A stretch of DNA of 64,000 nt, from positions 608,001-672,000 of the forward strand of contig CAVVHE010000005.1 of the NCBI GenBank assembly GCA_963748015.1. The letters are read 5' to 3'. A program made the position numbers and the translations under genes. The notes under the pieces were generated by a model. The model saw only the letters and a program-made list of their open reading frames with translations, did not search any database and was not told the origin of the DNA. This document shows, piece after piece, positions 27,881 through 40,267 of the stretch (the first letter of the stretch is position 1; each line of letters opens with the position of its first letter). This stretch comes from Terriglobia bacterium. GTDB lineage: Bacteria; Acidobacteriota; Polarisedimenticolia; Polarisedimenticolales; JAIQFR01.

Positions 27881-29461
27881 TCAGTTCTTGCCGCCCTCGG
27901 GCACCCGCATGAAGACGACGGTCGTCGCGCCGCCGCCCAGGACCAGCTTGATCTTGGCCACCCCGCCCGCCTTGAGCTTGCGGACCGCTTCCTTGAAGGC
28001 GGTCACGCTGCCCACCGGAGCGTCGTTCACCGCGGCGATGACGTTGTACATCCGGATGCCCGCGGTGGCGGCCTCGGACCCGACCTCGACGTCGGTCACG
28101 ACGACGCCCTTGACCGTATCGGGCAGCTCGAGCTGGTCGCGCACGCGAGGCGTGATCGCCTCGACCGTGATCCCGAACCCGGCGGAGGAGGTCGCGCCGT
28201 CCTCTTCGCCCTGTCCCTTCCTCGGGCGGAGGTTTCCCTGTCCGATCTGGGTGGCGTCGGGCCGCTCGGCGAGGGTCAGCGTGAAGGCCATCGTCTTGCC
28301 TTGCCGCAGGACCTCGAGATCGATCTTGTCCCCGGGCTTGCGGGAGGCGACGCGGCCGAGGAGGTCCCGTCCGTTCCGGACCGATTCGCCGGCGGCCTTG
28401 CGGATGACGTCGCCGGACTCGATGCCGGCCTTCGCGGCCGGGCCGTCCTCGCTCACGGCCTGGACGTAGACCCCGTTCTTGTCGGGCAGGCCCATGTACT
28501 CGCGCGTCGCGTCGCCGACGTCGCTCATCGTGATCCCGATGTAGCCGCGGCGGACCTTCCCGCCGTCCCGCAGCTGCTCCATCGCGCTCTTCGCCATGTT
28601 GATCGGTAGGGCGAAGCCGATCCCCTCCGCCAGCCCTCCGCGGTTGATCGCGGTGTTGATCCCGACCACGCGCCCCGAGGCGTCGAGAAGCGGCCCGCCG
28701 GAATTGCCGAAGTTGATCGCGGCGTCGGTCTGGAGGAAGTTGACGAGCCCCTGGTCGGTGTCGCCGACGGGGACCTGCCGGTCCTTCGCCGAGATCACGC
28801 CGACGGTCACGGTCTCGGAGAGCTCGAACGGGTTGCCGATGGCGATGACCCACTGTCCGGGCCGCAGCTTGTCCGAGTCGCCGAGCGGCAGCGAGGGCAG
28901 CGTGCGTCCCTTCGGGTCCACCTTCAGGAGGGCGAGGTCGACGTTCGGATCCACACCGACGATCTCCGCGGTCGTCCGCGTGCCGTCGTTGAAGTTCACC
29001 TCGACCTTCGTCGCGTCCGCGACGACGTGGTTGTTGGTCAAGATGTAGCCGTCGGGCGAGACCACGAACCCCGAGCCGCCGGACTGCTCGCGGCGATCCT
29101 CCGGCGTGAGCCGCCTCCGCTGCTGCGGGTCGGGCCCGAAGAAGAACTGGTAGAACGGGTCGTTGCGCATCGACCCGTGCGGATCGTCTTCCGGAGAGCC
29201 GGCCTTCTTCACCGACGTGCTCGTGATTCCAACGACGGCGGGGATGGACTTCTCGACGATGTCGGCGAAGTCCGCGACCGGGGAGGCCGGAGCGGCCGCC
29301 GCCGCGGGGATCGACGCCGCGGGAGCGAGCCCGACCGTCGGAACGTCGCGCGCCGCGAGCGCGATTTGCGGCGCGTTCAGGCGGCCGCCGATGATCATCC
29401 CGCACACGATGCTCACGCCGACGACGGCGAGCAGTAGGGGGAACGTCCACTTCCGGTTCAT
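27881..29461 (-). CDS. degP: HtrA/DegP (Do-family) serine protease with two PDZ domains
   Basis: GSGF, TNNHVV, DLALLK, QTDAAINFGNSGGPL, two PDZ domains. Confidence 0.92.
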   Translation of the reverse strand: MNRKWTFPLLLAVVGVSIVCGMIIGGRLNAPQIALAARDVPTVGLAPAASIPAAAAAPASPVADFADIVEKSIPAVVGITSTSVKKAGSPEDDPHGSMRNDPFYQFFFGPDPQQRRRLTPEDRREQSGGSGFVVSPDGYILTNNHVVADATKVEVNFNDGTRTTAEIVGVDPNVDLALLKVDPKGRTLPSLPLGDSDKLRPGQWVIAIGNPFELSETVTVGVISAKDRQVPVGDTDQGLVNFLQTDAAINFGNSGGPLLDASGRVVGINTAINRGGLAEGIGFALPINMAKSAMEQLRDGGKVRRGYIGITMSDVGDATREYMGLPDKNGVYVQAVSEDGPAAKAGIESGDVIRKAAGESVRNGRDLLGRVASRKPGDKIDLEVLRQGKTMAFTLTLAERPDATQIGQGNLRPRKGQGEEDGATSSAGFGITVEAITPRVRDQLELPDTVKGVVVTDVEVGSEAATAGIRMYNVIAAVNDAPVGSVTAFKEAVRKLKAGGVAKIKLVLGGGATTVVFMRVPEGGKN

Positions 29462-29555
29462 GGCTTCAACCTCCGAGATAAGGAACTATGGAATCGTACT
29501 CGTTCCGCGCCGGGAGGGCATCCCCCGCAGGCGAGCGTCGTTCGGTTCGTCGGGA

Positions 29556-29975
29556 TCAGGCCGCGCCACCGACGCCGGCGGGGCGCGCGCCGATCACCGG
29601 GAGCAGATCGTCGAGGGCGGTCCTCAGCAGACCGACGTCGACCGGCTTCTCGAGCACCCGATCGACACCCAGGAGACGGGCCTGCTGGCGGACGCCGTCG
29701 TTGAGGTAGGCCGAGATCAGGATGCATCGGGCCCTGCACTCCTTCCGCCGAAGCTCCGCCAGGAGGGTCAGGCCGTCCATTCCCGGCATCTTGTAGTCCA
29801 GGAGGAGGAGATCCACCTCGGGGAGACGGTCCTCGTTCTCGAGGACGCGGCACGGGCTGTCCTCGATCAGCGTCCGATAGCCGGCGCGTGCGAGGAGCCG
29901 CCTGTAGGTGGACAGGACCGAAGGGTCGTCGTCGACCACCAGAACCGTGTAGCGGGCGTAAGAGTAGGGAGTCAC
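29556..29975 (-). CDS. Single-domain response regulator
   Basis: VLVVDDD, LLDYKMPGMDG, ISA, EKP. Confidence 0.9.
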   Translation of the reverse strand: MTPYSYARYTVLVVDDDPSVLSTYRRLLARAGYRTLIEDSPCRVLENEDRLPEVDLLLLDYKMPGMDGLTLLAELRRKECRARCILISAYLNDGVRQQARLLGVDRVLEKPVDVGLLRTALDDLLPVIGARPAGVGGAA

Positions 29976-29990
29976 CAGCGGGTGTGTAGA

Positions 29991-30006
29991 GGCAAACGGC
30001 GTGCCG
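29991..30006 (-). promoter_or_regulatory. sigma-54 (-24/-12) promoter
   Basis: Minus strand CGGCACGCCGTTTGCC (GG-N10-GC), 15 nt upstream of the regulator start. Confidence 0.7.
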
Positions 30007-30080
30007 TCTCGCTGCGGGGCATGATCCGCGGGAAATCAGCGGTCTACGGCACCTTTGGCTCGGCGACGAGAGAACACGAC

Positions 30081-30093
30081 CGCCAAACTGGCG
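30081..30093. promoter_or_regulatory. Candidate enhancer (bEBP-binding) palindrome
   Basis: CGCCA-AAC-TGGCG about 75 nt upstream of the sigma-54 site. Confidence 0.45.
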
Positions 30094-30112
30094 CACCGGG
30101 GGCGCCATCCCG

Positions 30113-31540
30113 TCAGGGTTGCGGGGTTTCGGACTCCCGGCCGGCGAGACGGTATTCCTTGAGCTTCCGCTGGAGGGTCCGCAGGCCGATGCCGAGCATG
30201 TCGGCCGCCTGGGTTCGGTTGCCTCCCGTCTGCTCGAGCGCGCCCAGGATCGCCCGGCGCTCGATCTCCTCCATGGTCAGCCCGGCGCTCCCGGCGGGGA
30301 TTCCCTCGGCACCCGCCGTCCCGGCGGCCGCCGGGGGGCGCCCGGCCTCGGCCGCCTCCCCGGCGTAGCGCTGGTACTCTTCCGGGAGGTCGGCGACGGA
30401 GATCTCCTCGGCCGGCGCCAGCACCACGAGGCTCTCGACCACGTTGCGCAGCTCGCGGACATTCCCCTCCCACGGGGCCGCGTAGAGCACCTTCATCGCG
30501 TCGGGGGCGAAGTGCATCCCCTCGCGGTGGTTTTCCCTGGCGAACTGCCGGAGGAAGTGGTCCACGAGATGGAGGATGTCCTCGCGCCGCTCGCGGAGCG
30601 GGGGGATCCGGAGAGTCACCACCTTCAGGCGATAGTAGAGATCGCTGCGGAACCGGCCCTGGTTCACCGCGGCCTCGAGGTCCGCGTTGGTGGCGGCGAT
30701 CAGCCGGATGTCGACGTGGATCGTGTCGGTCCCGCCGACGCGCATGAACTCTCGCTCCTCGAGGACGCGCAGCAGCTTCACCTGCATCTCGAGCGGCAGC
30801 TCGCCGATCTCGTCGAGGAACAGCGTCCCCTTGTCCGCCAGCTCGAACTTGCCGAGCTTGCGCCCGACCGCTCCCGTGAACGACCCCTTCTCGTGCCCGA
30901 ACAGCTCGGACTCCAGGATCTCGGCGGGGATCGCCGCGCAGTTGATCGGGAGGAACCGGGCGTCGCGGCGGGGGGAATTCTCGTGGATCGCGTTCGCCAC
31001 GAGCTCCTTCCCGGTCCCCGACTCGCCGACGATCAGGACGCTGGACCGGGTCGGGGCGACGAGGTCCATCTGCCGGATCAGCGCCTCCATAGGCTTCGAG
31101 CGGCCGATGAGCCGTCCGAACTTCTCGCTCAGGCGGCGCTCGAGGTCCTCGACGCGCTGCGTGAGGCGGCGCTTCTCGATGATGCTCGCCGTCTGGACCC
31201 TGAACTCTTCGAGATCGACGGGCTTCTTGAGGTAGTGGTCGGCGCCGAGCTTGATCGCCTCCACCGCCGACTCGATCGACGCGTGGCCGGTGATCATCAG
31301 CACGCCCACGTTCGGGTTGATCTGGCGGGCGGACTTGAGCACGCCGAAACCGTCGATCCCGGGGAGCATCAGGTCGGTCACCACCAGGGCGACGTCCCGG
31401 TGCTCCCTGAGGTACTCGAACGCGGGGGGCGCCTCGGGGAACGCGGCCACCGTGTGCCCGAGCTTCGACAGGCACCGGGTGTACACCTTCCGGTTCCCCT
31501 CGTCGTCCTCGATGATCACGATGTGGGCGGGGTCGCTCAT
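30113..31540 (-). CDS. sigma-54-dependent response regulator (AtoC/ZraR/NtrC family)
   Basis: REC, GESGTGKE, GSFTGA, FLDEIGE, WEGNVREL, GNRTQAADMLGI HTH. Confidence 0.93.
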   Translation of the reverse strand: MSDPAHIVIIEDDEGNRKVYTRCLSKLGHTVAAFPEAPPAFEYLREHRDVALVVTDLMLPGIDGFGVLKSARQINPNVGVLMITGHASIESAVEAIKLGADHYLKKPVDLEEFRVQTASIIEKRRLTQRVEDLERRLSEKFGRLIGRSKPMEALIRQMDLVAPTRSSVLIVGESGTGKELVANAIHENSPRRDARFLPINCAAIPAEILESELFGHEKGSFTGAVGRKLGKFELADKGTLFLDEIGELPLEMQVKLLRVLEEREFMRVGGTDTIHVDIRLIAATNADLEAAVNQGRFRSDLYYRLKVVTLRIPPLRERREDILHLVDHFLRQFARENHREGMHFAPDAMKVLYAAPWEGNVRELRNVVESLVVLAPAEEISVADLPEEYQRYAGEAAEAGRPPAAAGTAGAEGIPAGSAGLTMEEIERRAILGALEQTGGNRTQAADMLGIGLRTLQRKLKEYRLAGRESETPQP

Positions 31541-31580
31541 CCCGGTCCCATTGTAGTGCAGCGTCCCGGGGAATTCCCGC

Positions 31581-35132
<3,552 letters not shown>

Positions 35133-35167
35133 TCACCGCACCCACGGGCCTCCTTCGATCCCGGCCC

Positions 35168-35196
35168 TTGAACCCTTGCCGGTTTCGGAGTATCAG
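35168..35196 (+). promoter_or_regulatory. Possible sigma-70 promoter for the HTH-TPR gene
   Basis: TTGAAC-17 nt-TATCAG. Confidence 0.35.
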
Positions 35197-35324
35197 ACCC
35201 TCGGAGGCGGATATTAAAGTACTATAGTAGAGTGACTTGTCTAGGCTGGAACTGTGGACTCCCCGGGGGGGGCGCCGCAGGACGCGGTGCACGACGGAAC
35301 GGACGGGAGGAGGGGCCCCACGTC

Positions 35325-36515
35325 ATGGAAGCACAGGTCCAGACGAACCTGAAGGGTAGTGCTCGCCTCGGGAATTACCTGAAGAGGCTGCGCTCCGGGT
35401 ACGGCTACTCGCTCCGCCGCGTCGAGGAGCGCGCGCGGGCCGAGGGTGGCGAGATCGACAACTCCCAGCTCAGCCGTTACGAGAAGGGGATCTGCTACCC
35501 GTCGTTCGACAAGCTGCGAGTCCTCGCGAGCGTGTTCAACGTTTCGATCCAGGCGTTCTCGGACGTCGTGGACCTCGAGGAATACGAGGACCTCAAGCCG
35601 CAGAGCAGCGACCCGCGGGAGATCATCGAGACCGGGACCGGGGCCATGCGGGCCGGCGAGATGGGCAGGGCCTTCGCCCACTTCGAGCGCGCCCTCGAGA
35701 TCCTCGAGGCCGAGCCGGGCGGAGAGGGCTGGGCGGAGCAGGTGGCGCAGGCCCGGATCAATCTCGCCGCCGCCCTCATCCGGCTCGGCAAGCTGTCGCT
35801 CGCCGAGCAGGAGCTCCGGAACGCGCTCCGCGCGGCGGACGGCCTCGGCGACACGCTGCAGGCCCGGGCGCTCCTCCAGCTCGCCAGCGTCCACTCCGAC
35901 CAGGGCGACCTGCTCCTCGCGGAGATGGAGGCCGAGCGCGCCCACGGAATCGCGGCGCGCGCGAGCCTCGACGTGATCGCGGCCCGGGCCCGCCACGTAC
36001 TGGCCGGCGTGCTCGCGCAGCGCAAGCACGAGAACGAGGCGATCGAGCGGTATCGAGAAGCGGCCGAGCTGTACGCGCGCTCCGGCGAGGCCTACGAGGC
36101 GACTCGCGTGCGGATCAGCATCGGCCTGTGCTACGTGAGCCTGGGCAAGAGCCGCGAGGGGATTCGCCTGCTGCGGACGGCGCTCGACGAAGCGGCGAGC
36201 GGCGGGCACCGCTACCTCGAGGCCTACGCGTTGAGCTGCCTCGGCGAGGCCTACTTCCGCCAGAAGGAGCCGCTCCGCGCGCAGGGTTGCTTGAGACAGT
36301 CGGACGCGCTCGCGGGCAGCGGGGAGCGCAGATACCCCGATTTGCTGTTCCTGAACGCGTATTACGAGTGGAAGATCGCTGCGGCACAGGCCAACCCCAC
36401 TCGCGAGAAGATCGCTTTCGGCCGAATGAAGGCCCTGCGGCCTTGCGTCGAGCGCCGTTTCCCGGAAGTCGAGGCCTTCGACGCGTACGTGGAAAGGGGG
36501 CGCAGCGATGCGTAA
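35325..36515 (+). CDS. XRE/HTH_3 + TPR transcriptional regulator (RRNPP-like architecture)
   Basis: RBS GGAGG; LGNYLKRLR...SQLSRYEKG...PSFDKLRVLASVFNV, followed by roughly 6-7 TPR-like helical repeats. Confidence 0.85.
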   Translation: MEAQVQTNLKGSARLGNYLKRLRSGYGYSLRRVEERARAEGGEIDNSQLSRYEKGICYPSFDKLRVLASVFNVSIQAFSDVVDLEEYEDLKPQSSDPREIIETGTGAMRAGEMGRAFAHFERALEILEAEPGGEGWAEQVAQARINLAAALIRLGKLSLAEQELRNALRAADGLGDTLQARALLQLASVHSDQGDLLLAEMEAERAHGIAARASLDVIAARARHVLAGVLAQRKHENEAIERYREAAELYARSGEAYEATRVRISIGLCYVSLGKSREGIRLLRTALDEAASGGHRYLEAYALSCLGEAYFRQKEPLRAQGCLRQSDALAGSGERRYPDLLFLNAYYEWKIAAAQANPTREKIAFGRMKALRPCVERRFPEVEAFDAYVERGRSDA

Positions 36516-37242
36516 CCGGCGCGTACTCCCGATTCTCCTCCTGGCGCTCCTCGTCCCCGCGGCCGTGGCTTCGGCCGCCGCGGGACCCGGCGCCGCTCTC
36601 CCCTTCCGGTTCGACCCGGTCCTCGACGGGAAGCCGGCGTACGCGACCGACGCCACGACCGGCGCGGTGTGGGCGGCCTGGGCCTTCAAGTCGCGCGGGG
36701 AGTTCGACATCGCCGTCTCGGTGCGCGATCTCGCGGGAGCCTGGAGCGAGCCCGCGTTCATCGGGCGGCTCGACGGTCTCGACCAGCTGGCCCCGGCCCT
36801 GGTTTCCGACCCGTCGGGGAACGTCTACATGGCGTTCGCCGTCAGGCAGACCTCGCAGATCTTCCTCTCCGTCCTGCCCCGCGGCGGATCGACCTGGTCC
36901 GCGCCGGTGCTCGCGACCTCCCGGGGCGAGCGAGGCTTCTCGCCCACCGTGGCGGTGCTGGCGGACTTCCTCGTGCTCGGCTACCGGACCGCCGACGGGA
37001 AGGTGACGCTTCGAGGCGCGCCTCTCGTGGGCGCGCCGGCCGTGTCGAGCGGCATGATGACGGGGAAGGCCGCGTTCCTCGGCCTGCTGCCGCTCGACAA
37101 GCCGATCGTTCCGAACGGGATCTACGACAACCCGGACGGGACCGACCCGCTCGGCTTCGGCGGCACGGGCTCCGACACGGGTGCCGGCACCGGCGGCACC
37201 CCGATCGACGCGGGAACGGCACCGGGCGGCGCGCCGAAGTAG
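36508..37242 (+). CDS. Secreted hypothetical protein (BNR/propeller-like blades and Gly/Thr-rich tail)
   Basis: Sec signal MRNRRVLPILLLALLVPAAVASA; repeats WSEP / WSAP and PALVSDPSGNVYMAF; overlaps the regulator by 8 nt. Confidence 0.7.
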   Translation: MRNRRVLPILLLALLVPAAVASAAAGPGAALPFRFDPVLDGKPAYATDATTGAVWAAWAFKSRGEFDIAVSVRDLAGAWSEPAFIGRLDGLDQLAPALVSDPSGNVYMAFAVRQTSQIFLSVLPRGGSTWSAPVLATSRGERGFSPTVAVLADFLVLGYRTADGKVTLRGAPLVGAPAVSSGMMTGKAAFLGLLPLDKPIVPNGIYDNPDGTDPLGFGGTGSDTGAGTGGTPIDAGTAPGGAPK

Positions 37243-37275
37243 AAGTCAGGCCGCCTTCCGCCAGATTCGATCCGC

Positions 37276-37310
37276 AGCGGCCGCTCTTCGAGAGCGGCCG
37301 CTTTGCGTTT
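37276..37310. terminator. Terminator hairpin between convergent genes
   Basis: AGCGGCCGCTCT-TCG-AGAGCGGCCGCT followed by TTGCGTTT. Confidence 0.75.
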
Positions 37311-38468
37311 TCAGCCCAGAGCCTCCCGCAGATCCGCGACGAGCTCGTCGGGAGATTCGAGCCCCACCGAAAGCCGCAGCATGCCGGGAGCGACGCCCGC
37401 GAGCTCCAGCTCCGGCCCGTCGAGCTCGCGGTGGGACATCGTGGACGGGATCGAGACGAGCGACTCGACGCCGCCGAGACTGGCCGCCCTGACGAACAGC
37501 CGCAGGCGGTCGTGCACGCGCTCCGCCGCGGCCGCCGCCCCCTCGACCTCGAAGGAGACCATGCCGCCGAAGCCGCTCATCTGCCGGCGGGCGATCGCGT
37601 GGTCCGGATGGGTCGTCAGTCCGGGCCAGTGAACGCGGAGGACCTTTCCGTGCTCCTCGAGGAATCGAGCCACGGCCGCCGCTCCCTCCTCGTGCGCCTT
37701 CATGCGCACCGAGAGCGTTCTCATGCCGCGCTGAAGGAGAAACGCCGCAAAGGGGTCCGCCGTCCCGCCGAGCGAGCGACGCGACGCGGAGATCGCGGCG
37801 ACGAGGTCCTTCCGTGCCGCGACGGCGCCGGCCGTGACGTCGCCGTGCCCGCCGAGGTACTTGGTCCCGCTGTGGACCACGACGTCGCAGCCGAGCTCGA
37901 GCGGGCGCTGCAGCGCGGGGGTCGCGAACGTCCCATCGACCACGGCCAGCGCCCCGGCGGCGCGAGCGGCCGCCGCAGAGGCCGCGAGATCCACGATCCT
38001 GAGGGAGGGGTTCGTGGGCGATTCGAGCCATAGCATGCGGCATCCGGCGAGCCGCTCCGGGGTCAGGCGCGAGATCTCGTCGAGCCCGAGCCATGTCGCC
38101 TCGATCGAGAGCCGCGGAAGGACGTCGCGGAAGAGCGCTGCGGTCCCTCCGTAGATCTCTCGTTGCACCGCGACTCGCTCCCCGGCGCGGACGAGGGCGA
38201 GCACCGTGGTGGAGATCGCCGCCATGCCCGACGAGAAGAGCGCCGCGTCCTCCGATCCTTCGAGGTCCGCGAGGAACCGCTCCGCCGCACGGACCGTCGG
38301 ATTCTCGTAACGCGAGTAGAGCCATCCGCGCCCCTCGGTGTAGTACGACTCCATGTCCCGCTGGCTCGAGAACTCGAACGTGGAGGCGGTCACGATCGGG
38401 AGCGCGAGCGGGCGCCCGACGTCGCTCACGGCGCCGGTGCCGCGCGCGCAGCGCGTCCGGAAGTCCAT
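37311..38468 (-). CDS. Cys/Met metabolism PLP enzyme (cystathionine gamma-synthase/lyase or methionine gamma-lyase)
   Basis: YSRYENPT, SSGMAAI, ESPTNP, VDGTFATP, HSGTKYLGGH (PLP Lys), SLGGVESL, RLSVGLE. Confidence 0.92.
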   Translation of the reverse strand: MDFRTRCARGTGAVSDVGRPLALPIVTASTFEFSSQRDMESYYTEGRGWLYSRYENPTVRAAERFLADLEGSEDAALFSSGMAAISTTVLALVRAGERVAVQREIYGGTAALFRDVLPRLSIEATWLGLDEISRLTPERLAGCRMLWLESPTNPSLRIVDLAASAAAARAAGALAVVDGTFATPALQRPLELGCDVVVHSGTKYLGGHGDVTAGAVAARKDLVAAISASRRSLGGTADPFAAFLLQRGMRTLSVRMKAHEEGAAAVARFLEEHGKVLRVHWPGLTTHPDHAIARRQMSGFGGMVSFEVEGAAAAAERVHDRLRLFVRAASLGGVESLVSIPSTMSHRELDGPELELAGVAPGMLRLSVGLESPDELVADLREALG

Positions 38469-38649
38469 GGAATCCTCCCTCGACCGCGACGGGTCTCCGG
38501 AACGAGAGACCGGCTCCGGCCACCCCCGTGGGCCCCGAAGGCCGGCCGTCGGGCCGGCTTCCTCCGGCCCGGTCGTTCAGTGGGCTCGCGCGGCCCGACT
38601 ATCGCCTTAGTTTTGTCTTTTTCGAGGCCCGTTAATTAATTGAAACGTC

Positions 38650-38678
38650 TTGACAGCCGAAAAGGGTCGCCCTACTAT
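38650..38678 (+). promoter_or_regulatory. sigma-70 promoter of the dcw cluster (Pmra)
   Basis: TTGACA-17 nt-TACTAT, preceded by the AT-rich tract TTAATTAATT. Confidence 0.85.
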
Positions 38679-38684
38679 CTCGCG

Positions 38685-38710
38685 GTGGTCGAGAGTGGAG
38701 CAAAGTGGCC
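38685..38710 (+). promoter_or_regulatory. MraZ-binding direct repeats
   Basis: GTGG at 38685, 38695 and 38705 (10-bp period), directly after the -10 box and upstream of mraZ. Confidence 0.75.
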
Positions 38711-38836
38711 CATCGGGGCCCTTCTTCACGCTTCTCCACGGGCAACCTGGAGACGAAGGGGACTCCCGAGGAACCGGTCAGGACGCGACGGCTTCGCACA
38801 CCGAAGCCTACCACGTCGCGTTCAGGGGGTTATCGG

Positions 38837-39277
38837 ATGCTGCGCGGGAACTCGATCGCCAAGGTGGACGAGAAGGGGCGCCTGAAGCTCCCCGCGCAGT
38901 TCCGCGCGGCGATCGAGCCCGAGTACGGCACCGAGTTCTTCGTGACGAGCCTCCGCGGCGAGAGCGTGCGCATCTACCCGATGCGGGTCTGGGCGCGCGT
39001 CGAGGAGAAGCTGGCGCGCGCGTCGTCGGTGGATCCCGCCGTGATGCGATTCAAGAACTCCGTGAACTTCCATGGCCAGTGCGCGGTCATGGACGGCCAG
39101 GGACGCGTCCTGATCCATCCGCTCCTTCGAGAGAAGGCCGGGATCCGCGGCGAGGTCGCCGTGCTGGGGCAGCAGGAATTCCTCGAGGTCTGGAACCGCT
39201 CGGCCTTCGAGGAACGGCTCGCTGGCGACCCGCTGACGGACGCCGACCTGGCGACGTTGGCGAGCCTCGGGATCTGA
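38837..39277 (+). CDS. mraZ: Division/cell wall cluster transcriptional repressor MraZ
   Basis: DEKGRLKLP and DGQGRVLI motifs, FLEVWN; position at the head of dcw. Confidence 0.95.
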   Translation: MLRGNSIAKVDEKGRLKLPAQFRAAIEPEYGTEFFVTSLRGESVRIYPMRVWARVEEKLARASSVDPAVMRFKNSVNFHGQCAVMDGQGRVLIHPLLREKAGIRGEVAVLGQQEFLEVWNRSAFEERLAGDPLTDADLATLASLGI

Positions 39278-39298
39278 GCGGGGGGGCGGGTCGCGTCC

Positions 39299-40267
39299 AT
39301 GCAATCGAGCGCACGACTCGAGGAGAACGTGGGACCGGTGACGCACCGCTCCGTCCTCGCCGCGGAGACGCTGTCGCTGCTCGAGCCTTCCCGCGGCGCG
39401 ACGGCGGTGGATCTCACCCTCGGCGCGGGAGGCCACGCCGAGCAGCTGCTCGAGGCGGTGGGACCCACGGGACGCGTGTTCGGAATCGACCGCGACCCCG
39501 ACGCGATCGCCCACGCCACGGCGCGGCTCCTGCGCTTCGGCAACCGTTTCGTCGCGCTGCGCGGCGACCACAGGGACCTCGTCGCGCTGCTCCAGGGCGC
39601 CGGCGTCTTCGCCGTCGAGGCGATCGTCGCCGATCTCGGCATCTCCTCGCTCCAGCTCGACGATCCGCGCCGCGGGTTCTCGTTCCGCCTGGACGGCCCC
39701 CTCGACATGCGCATGGACCCGACGTCGGGCCCCTCGGCCGCGGATCTCCTCGCGACGCTGAGCGAGGCGGAGCTCAAGGACATCCTGAGGACCTACGGCG
39801 AGGAGCGGATGGCGGGGCCGATCGCGCGCGCGGTCGTGCGAGAGCGGGCGCGCCTCCCTCTCGTCCGGACGCACCAGCTCTCCGAGGTGGTCGTGCGAGC
39901 CGCGGGCCCCGCCGCGCGGCGATACCGGATCCACCCGGCGACCCGGACCTTCCAGGCCCTCCGCATCGCGGTCAACCGCGAGGTCGAGGGGCTCGAGAGG
40001 CTCGTCGCGGACGCGGTCTCGCTCCTGCGACGCGGCGGCCGGCTCGCGGTGATCTCGTTCCATTCCCTCGAGGACCGCGCGGTGAAGACCTCGCTCCGCG
40101 CGATGGCCGAGCGTTGCGTCTGTCCCCCGGGCCTCCCGGTGTGCGGCTGCGGCCGCGAGGACCTGATCCGCATCCTCACGCCGCGACCGGTCACGCCGTC
40201 GGCCGAGGAAGTCGAGTCGAACCCGCGCTCGCGCAGCGCGCGGCTCCGCGCCGCGGAGAGGCTGTGA
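39299..40267 (+). CDS. rsmH: 16S rRNA m4C1402 methyltransferase RsmH (MraW)
   Basis: DLTLGAGGH, DLGISSLQLD, LDMRMD, TFQALRIAVN, SFHSLEDR, NPRSRSARLR. Confidence 0.97.
   Translation: MQSSARLEENVGPVTHRSVLAAETLSLLEPSRGATAVDLTLGAGGHAEQLLEAVGPTGRVFGIDRDPDAIAHATARLLRFGNRFVALRGDHRDLVALLQGAGVFAVEAIVADLGISSLQLDDPRRGFSFRLDGPLDMRMDPTSGPSAADLLATLSEAELKDILRTYGEERMAGPIARAVVRERARLPLVRTHQLSEVVVRAAGPAARRYRIHPATRTFQALRIAVNREVEGLERLVADAVSLLRRGGRLAVISFHSLEDRAVKTSLRAMAERCVCPPGLPVCGCGREDLIRILTPRPVTPSAEEVESNPRSRSARLRAAERL

Noticed and set aside
38469..38640. SAM/SAH riboswitch upstream of the Cys/Met PLP enzyme
   Set aside because: GC-rich stems are present, but I could not identify conserved aptamer nucleotides.
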